From a virus (lineage: Duplodnaviria > Caudoviricetes): 31,291 nucleotides of DNA. Positions within the stretch are counted from its first letter, which is position 1. Each line of letters opens with the position of its first letter. Position numbers and translations under genes: made by a program. The notes under the pieces were generated by a model. It was not told the DNA's origin and did no database searches. It saw only the letters and a list, made by a program, of their open reading frames with translations. Where the stretch lies: IMG/VR virus record IMGVR_UViG_3300028072_000014, positions 1-31,291 of that record; one strand, given 5' to 3'. Positions 27,380-31,291 of the stretch are shown here, one piece after another.

Positions 27380-28743
27380 CGAGTTAATGCTGCTTTCGTT
27401 GCTATATTAGTTCTCTGCTTTTGTGTGAGAGCTTCTGCTCTTGCTTGTCCACCTTTTGCTCCGAGCTTAGCTGCTATATCGCTTATAGCGTGATTCTCTT
27501 GCTGATCTCTCTGATATGCTTGAAGAACATCTCCATGAATTCTCTTGAAAGACTCAGAGAGAGATTCGGGATATTGTCTCCAATCTCTACCACCTACATC
27601 TGCCTGTGGAGGAATAGGAGGAATAGGAATATTAACGGTAAAGTTAATATATCCATAATCTCGGAAGGGTATTGGACCTGGATTGGGCCAATCCTGTTGA
27701 TTGAAAGGTTTGGGATTGGGTGCTGAAGAATTAGCGAGATTTTGATACCAATCTTGATACCATATTACAAGAGAAGGAACAGGCCAATCTTGTTGTCTAA
27801 TGGGAAGCTGATCTTTACCTATTAAATTGAGGTTATAAGAAGCAGTCCAAGAAGGAACAATAGGAGGAGAACTACCAGGTAAAGGCCAGTAATCTTGATT
27901 AAAAGGAGGAAGTAATTTAGAAGCTAAATTTACTTCCCAAGACCTATACCAAGAAATAGGTTGTGGGTTTGGCCAATCAGACTGAACAAAGGGATTTTGA
28001 GGAACTGGAGTAAGTGTGCTCTGAAGTAAATTCAGAGTGTAGCTTATATTCCAGAGAACAGGATCAGGACGACTAGTGTATTGCTCTCCTGGAACAGTAT
28101 CCTGTCCTATTAAGTTCTGATTGTAAGAAGCCTCCCAGCTTCTATACCAAATAACTGGAGGAGGATTAGGCCAGTCGTATTGAGCAGTAGGTTTAGCGGG
28201 TGTTGGTATTAAAGTGGATTGTAGAAGATTGAGAGTCCACGTTTGATACCAAATAACTGGATCTGGTCTGGTAGTATATTGTTCTCCTGGAACTATATCC
28301 TTACCTATGAGGTTGAGATTGTAGTTCCATGTCCAGGAGCGTCTATAATCCGGCTCGTATCCTGTATTTAGACGATCATATAGTTGATCACCTGTTGGAA
28401 GTTTATCTTTACCTATTAAGTTAAGATTATAATTCCAAGTCCAAGATCGTCTCCAATCTTCGACGTAATGCCCGAAAGGAAGACGATTGAGATAATCGTA
28501 ATCTGGTACATTACCTGGACCATCGAAGAATGTATCTTTACCAATTAGTTGGAGAAGATAATGATATTCCCAACTTCGACGAGGATTGGGCTCTACTCCT
28601 ACTGGAGTAGGCCAATCCATCTGTCGAAATGGAAGTTTATCTTTACTCAGTAGATTGGGTAAAGGTCCATCTACTTGAGTATAGTCACTTAACCTTTGGT
28701 AGCCAAAGGGCGCTAGGCCCTGCTGTAGACCACGAAAGGTCAT
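27364..28743 (-). CDS. Trp/Pro/Tyr-rich tandem-repeat protein with a C-terminal basic KGG..ARA..RW motif, 459 aa
   Basis: Recurring QxDWPxP, WYxSW and YNLNLIGKD motifs across aa ~30-365; C-terminus AAKLGAKGGQARAEALTQKQRTNIATKAALTRW. Confidence 0.85.
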   Translation of the reverse strand: MTFRGLQQGLAPFGYQRLSDYTQVDGPLPNLLSKDKLPFRQMDWPTPVGVEPNPRRSWEYHYLLQLIGKDTFFDGPGNVPDYDYLNRLPFGHYVEDWRRSWTWNYNLNLIGKDKLPTGDQLYDRLNTGYEPDYRRSWTWNYNLNLIGKDIVPGEQYTTRPDPVIWYQTWTLNLLQSTLIPTPAKPTAQYDWPNPPPVIWYRSWEASYNQNLIGQDTVPGEQYTSRPDPVLWNISYTLNLLQSTLTPVPQNPFVQSDWPNPQPISWYRSWEVNLASKLLPPFNQDYWPLPGSSPPIVPSWTASYNLNLIGKDQLPIRQQDWPVPSLVIWYQDWYQNLANSSAPNPKPFNQQDWPNPGPIPFRDYGYINFTVNIPIPPIPPQADVGGRDWRQYPESLSESFKRIHGDVLQAYQRDQQENHAISDIAAKLGAKGGQARAEALTQKQRTNIATKAALTRWLKR

Positions 28744-28756
28744 AGTTTAACCTAGA

Positions 28757-29278
28757 TTAGTAGGGTTCGTAGATTATATGTGCAGCAGCAGTAGTAGACT
28801 GTCCACCTGGACCAGAATTGTTCCAGAGAACAGATTCACCACCTACACCTGAACCTACAACAGCATTACCCACTTGAGTCCATTGCTGAGTTGGAGCTGC
28901 ATTCCAACGGATAATACCACCAAAGGCATTTAAACCGAGGTTAAGAGCAGCAACGGTAGCTGCAGAAGAAGGAACAGGTCCTGTACCTGCTGCGAAATAT
29001 GGAATTACTGTAGACGCAAGTGCAGTAGCTGAGACGTTCATAGGACCGTCTGTTGCGGGAGCTGCGATAGCCGTTGGAGTAATTCCAAGCGTGCTTGATA
29101 GACGCACACCAGTTGCGAGAATAGCAGATGCCGCTGCAGTTCCAGAGATGAGGATCTCTAGAATGTCGATAACTTGAGTGGTAGCTCCACCCTTGAGTGC
29201 CATCCAGTTAGTGGCTGCTGCGTTTGTAGCTGAAGCAGCCCAAGTCTGACCGGGATGGTTGAATATTCGTTTTGCCAT
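28757..29278 (-). CDS. Ala/Thr/Gly-rich putative virion beta-sandwich protein, 173 aa
   Basis: ILEILISG, LNAFGGIIRW and HIIYE strands; on the operon strand. Confidence 0.65.
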   Translation of the reverse strand: MAKRIFNHPGQTWAASATNAAATNWMALKGGATTQVIDILEILISGTAAASAILATGVRLSSTLGITPTAIAAPATDGPMNVSATALASTVIPYFAAGTGPVPSSAATVAALNLGLNAFGGIIRWNAAPTQQWTQVGNAVVGSGVGGESVLWNNSGPGGQSTTAAAHIIYEPY

Positions 29279-29284
29279 GGTAAA

Positions 29285-29620
29285 TTATATTTCCTTTATT
29301 TGCGCTAAATTTAGTTGTTCAAAGATCTTTTGACGATGTGTTTTGTGAGTGTAATCTGGTAATTTTCGCTCGAGCGCACAATTATCACAAATGTACATAT
29401 CACAATTTGAACAGTATTCTCGATCACGAGTCCTTTTGGGATTCATAATCACTACTGTTCCACAATGATTGCAGCCCATCGTCGGAGCTTCAAACACTTT
29501 TCCTTCACTTAGGGCAGAAGGAATATACCCTAATTTAATTGCTTGTTCATCAGTAAAACCTGGAGAGGCTCTATGATCAATAAATAATTCACCTTCATGA
29601 GAACGTTTAGTTAATACCAT
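29285..29620 (-). CDS. Zinc-finger protein (C6H2, B-box-like spacing), 111 aa
   Basis: C50-x2-C53-x16-C70-x2-C73-x4-C78-x2-C81-x10-H92-x2-H95, with an N-terminal EGELFIDHRASPG motif. Confidence 0.75.
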   Translation of the reverse strand: MVLTKRSHEGELFIDHRASPGFTDEQAIKLGYIPSALSEGKVFEAPTMGCNHCGTVVIMNPKRTRDREYCSNCDMYICDNCALERKLPDYTHKTHRQKIFEQLNLAQIKEI

Positions 29621-30442
29621 TTAACACACTATAGCTGGATACAAGATATCTGTTATGGTTATAGATTGAAATTGTTGTTTACCCAACATTGAGCCGGGAT
29701 ACCAGAAAGACCAGGGATCGGTTGCCCATATTCTTAGAGCTGAAATCGACAAGTAATTATTTGAGAACATAGCCGCAGCAGTAGCTAAACCTGGATTACC
29801 TCCTCCAATGTTGTTAGCATCATTACCTATCACAATATTGCCATTGCCATTACCGGGTGTACCGGATTGAGAAATGACTGAAGTAGTAACTTGTCCAGTC
29901 CTCAAATTAAGAACTAGAAAGTTTGCCTTGCCCGCCGACGAACTATACGAAGTTGCATAAAAATATGGTGTATTAGCAACAAGAGGGATTAAAGAATCCA
30001 CATTTGCAGTACCCGGCATAGTAAAGGTAAAAGTATTTGTGGTATTAGTGCCTGCCTTTGCGTTAGCATCTGTTGTGCTAGTCTCAATAAACTCTAATTC
30101 AGCTCCAGCTAATGTAGCAGGAGCAAGAACAATTCCTGCTAAAGTAACGGGATTCTGTGACGTTGTAGCAGGGTATATACCCGAAAATGTTACACCTCCA
30201 CCAGAACCCGCAGCACGTGTATCTAGAAAGGGACCTATTATGCCATTCCTACCAACAGCGGGAGTTGGAGAAACAGTACCTTTCATCCCATTAAAAATAT
30301 TGATAAAATTAGCACCGTTGATAGTAGCTACACCTGAAAACAGAACTTTTGTTCCAGCGATGTGGTTAGGATTAAATCCTGGTCCATAACTACTTCCAGG
30401 GTATATTAATCCTCTCTTACGTACTAATGAGAAATTAGACAT
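29621..30442 (-). CDS. LamG/concanavalin A-like lectin-fold protein, 273 aa
   Basis: Beta-rich core with P.TLAG, NTPYFYATSY, IVIGND and a terminal LS...LR.W..DPW pattern typical of phage LamG-like domains. Confidence 0.6.
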   Translation of the reverse strand: MSNFSLVRKRGLIYPGSSYGPGFNPNHIAGTKVLFSGVATINGANFINIFNGMKGTVSPTPAVGRNGIIGPFLDTRAAGSGGGVTFSGIYPATTSQNPVTLAGIVLAPATLAGAELEFIETSTTDANAKAGTNTTNTFTFTMPGTANVDSLIPLVANTPYFYATSYSSSAGKANFLVLNLRTGQVTTSVISQSGTPGNGNGNIVIGNDANNIGGGNPGLATAAAMFSNNYLSISALRIWATDPWSFWYPGSMLGKQQFQSITITDILYPAIVC

Positions 30443-30915
30443 TAGTTATTTAGATTGATATTGTAAGTTCTATACTTTATGGTTGCTGCTGTAAAATTAA
30501 AACCAGAGTTATTCTGAACAATCCATCTAAATGTGCCGGGAGCTAATATAAGACCAGTTGCAATGCCTATTAAAGAGGTTTGAGTAGCAGCAGCAAAGAG
30601 AGGTATTACAGCTATTGGGGGATAACTGGGTGCTGCAGCAGCTGGAGTAGTTGTAACGTGATTATCTCCATAAGTAGTCCCATCTTGGTTGAGATAAGCT
30701 AAATAAAGAGCTACGTTAGCTCCAGCAACTATGGTACTAGAAGAAATGGTACAGCTTATGGAGACATCAGCAAAGATATCTAGAGCTGTTCCATTTGTTA
30801 TATCTGTAGAATCTAAGACAGAGTTGGTGTTTGCGAGAGTACCTGCATTAGCATTTGCAGTAGACCAGGTAAGACCTGCACCGTTACCAGCTACCCATGC
30901 TGTTCTATTAGCCAA
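30442..30915 (-). CDS. Putative virion jelly-roll protein, 157 aa (TTG start)
   Basis: ITNGTALDIFADVS...LYL...DGTTYGD...L.PG.FR.IVQNNSG; GGAG upstream; coupled to both neighbours. Confidence 0.65.
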   Translation of the reverse strand: MANRTAWVAGNGAGLTWSTANANAGTLANTNSVLDSTDITNGTALDIFADVSISCTISSSTIVAGANVALYLAYLNQDGTTYGDNHVTTTPAAAAPSYPPIAVIPLFAAATQTSLIGIATGLILAPGTFRWIVQNNSGFNFTAATIKYRTYNINLNN

Positions 30916-30916
30916 T

Positions 30917-31228
30917 TTAAGCTCCTGCTAAGAGATTCCAGAGAGAATTTACAGAAAACTGTATATCTGTATCTGGAATAGCAAAATCTGGTTGAGTGTT
31001 TACTTGAGCTTCTGCAGCTATTGTAGAATTACCTAAAACAGCGAAAGTTGCGTCTAAAAGACTATATTGACCTGCAGTTACTTTAGTAGCGTATGCAGCT
31101 CTAGCAGCATGGTTTGTTACTCCTGTTTCGGAGTAAACGTTAGCTGCTGCTACGTTTAGAGCATAACGAATTCTATCTTGAAATTGAGGAGCATGAGCTA
31201 CAACTCCTAGTTGATTATAAGTAGCCAT
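30917..31228 (-). CDS. Hypothetical Ala-rich helical protein, 103 aa
   Basis: FQDRI..AL..AA..V.SE...NHAAR..YA..V...D.DIQF.VNSLWN.LAG; TAATG coupling. Confidence 0.7.
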   Translation of the reverse strand: MATYNQLGVVAHAPQFQDRIRYALNVAAANVYSETGVTNHAARAAYATKVTAGQYSLLDATFAVLGNSTIAAEAQVNTQPDFAIPDTDIQFSVNSLWNLLAGA

Positions 31229-31290
31229 TATTGTTCCTGTTTAAAGGACTCCTTGTGTAAATCCAACCGTTTTATACGGGGTGGACTGGG
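31228..31290 (-). CDS. 3' end of an upstream gene cut by the window edge (...PSPPRIKRLDLHKESFKQEQ*)
   Basis: The frame is open from the window end to TAA at 31228-31230, which overlaps the next ATG. Confidence 0.45.
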   Translation of the reverse strand, partial: PSPPRIKRLDLHKESFKQEQ

Positions 31291-31291
31291 G

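Noticed and set aside
27649-28659. Diversity-generating retroelement TR/VR pair in the repeat gene or the tail fibre paralogs
   Set aside because: The differences between copies are synonymous and not adenine-specific, and there is no reverse transcriptase in the window.
1-31291. Stop-codon reassignment, tRNA genes, integrase or phage RNA polymerase
   Set aside because: Genes are long and contiguous under the standard code, with TAA, TGA and TAG all used as stops. No such genes were recognised, and intergenic space is minimal.

Overview
This is about 31 kb of a lytic, podovirus-type tailed phage genome. The capsid, portal and tail-tube signatures and the two convergent transcription arms resemble SIO1/VpV262-like phages (Zobellviridae and relatives). 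That assignment comes from motif recognition, not a database search. The + strand (1-2500) is the end of the replication arm: a PD-(D/E)XK exonuclease, a T7 endonuclease I-like resolvase, a mini-HNH protein and small hypotheticals. A strong bidirectional terminator at about 2522-2555 separates it from one long, tightly coupled minus-strand late operon. In transcription order the operon encodes: an unexplained cassette of about 9 genes (small beta-rich proteins, a LamG-like protein, a B-box-like C6H2 zinc finger, a Trp/Pro-rich repeat protein ending in a KGG..ARA..RW basic motif, and three phased 14-bp DNA repeats); terminase; portal; scaffold; major capsid; decoration proteins; two paralogous 403-aa tail fibres; a GH108 lysis module; tail tubular A and B (both carrying a related inserted beta-domain); and internal/ejection proteins. 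The last gene is a histidine phosphatase + LPD23-like/HExxH metallopeptidase + HTH fusion. The two best leads are that terminal polyvalent enzyme, probably injected into the host, and the pre-terminase repeat-scaffold/zinc-finger cassette. I saw no RNA genes, CRISPR array, integrase, reverse transcriptase or RNA polymerase.
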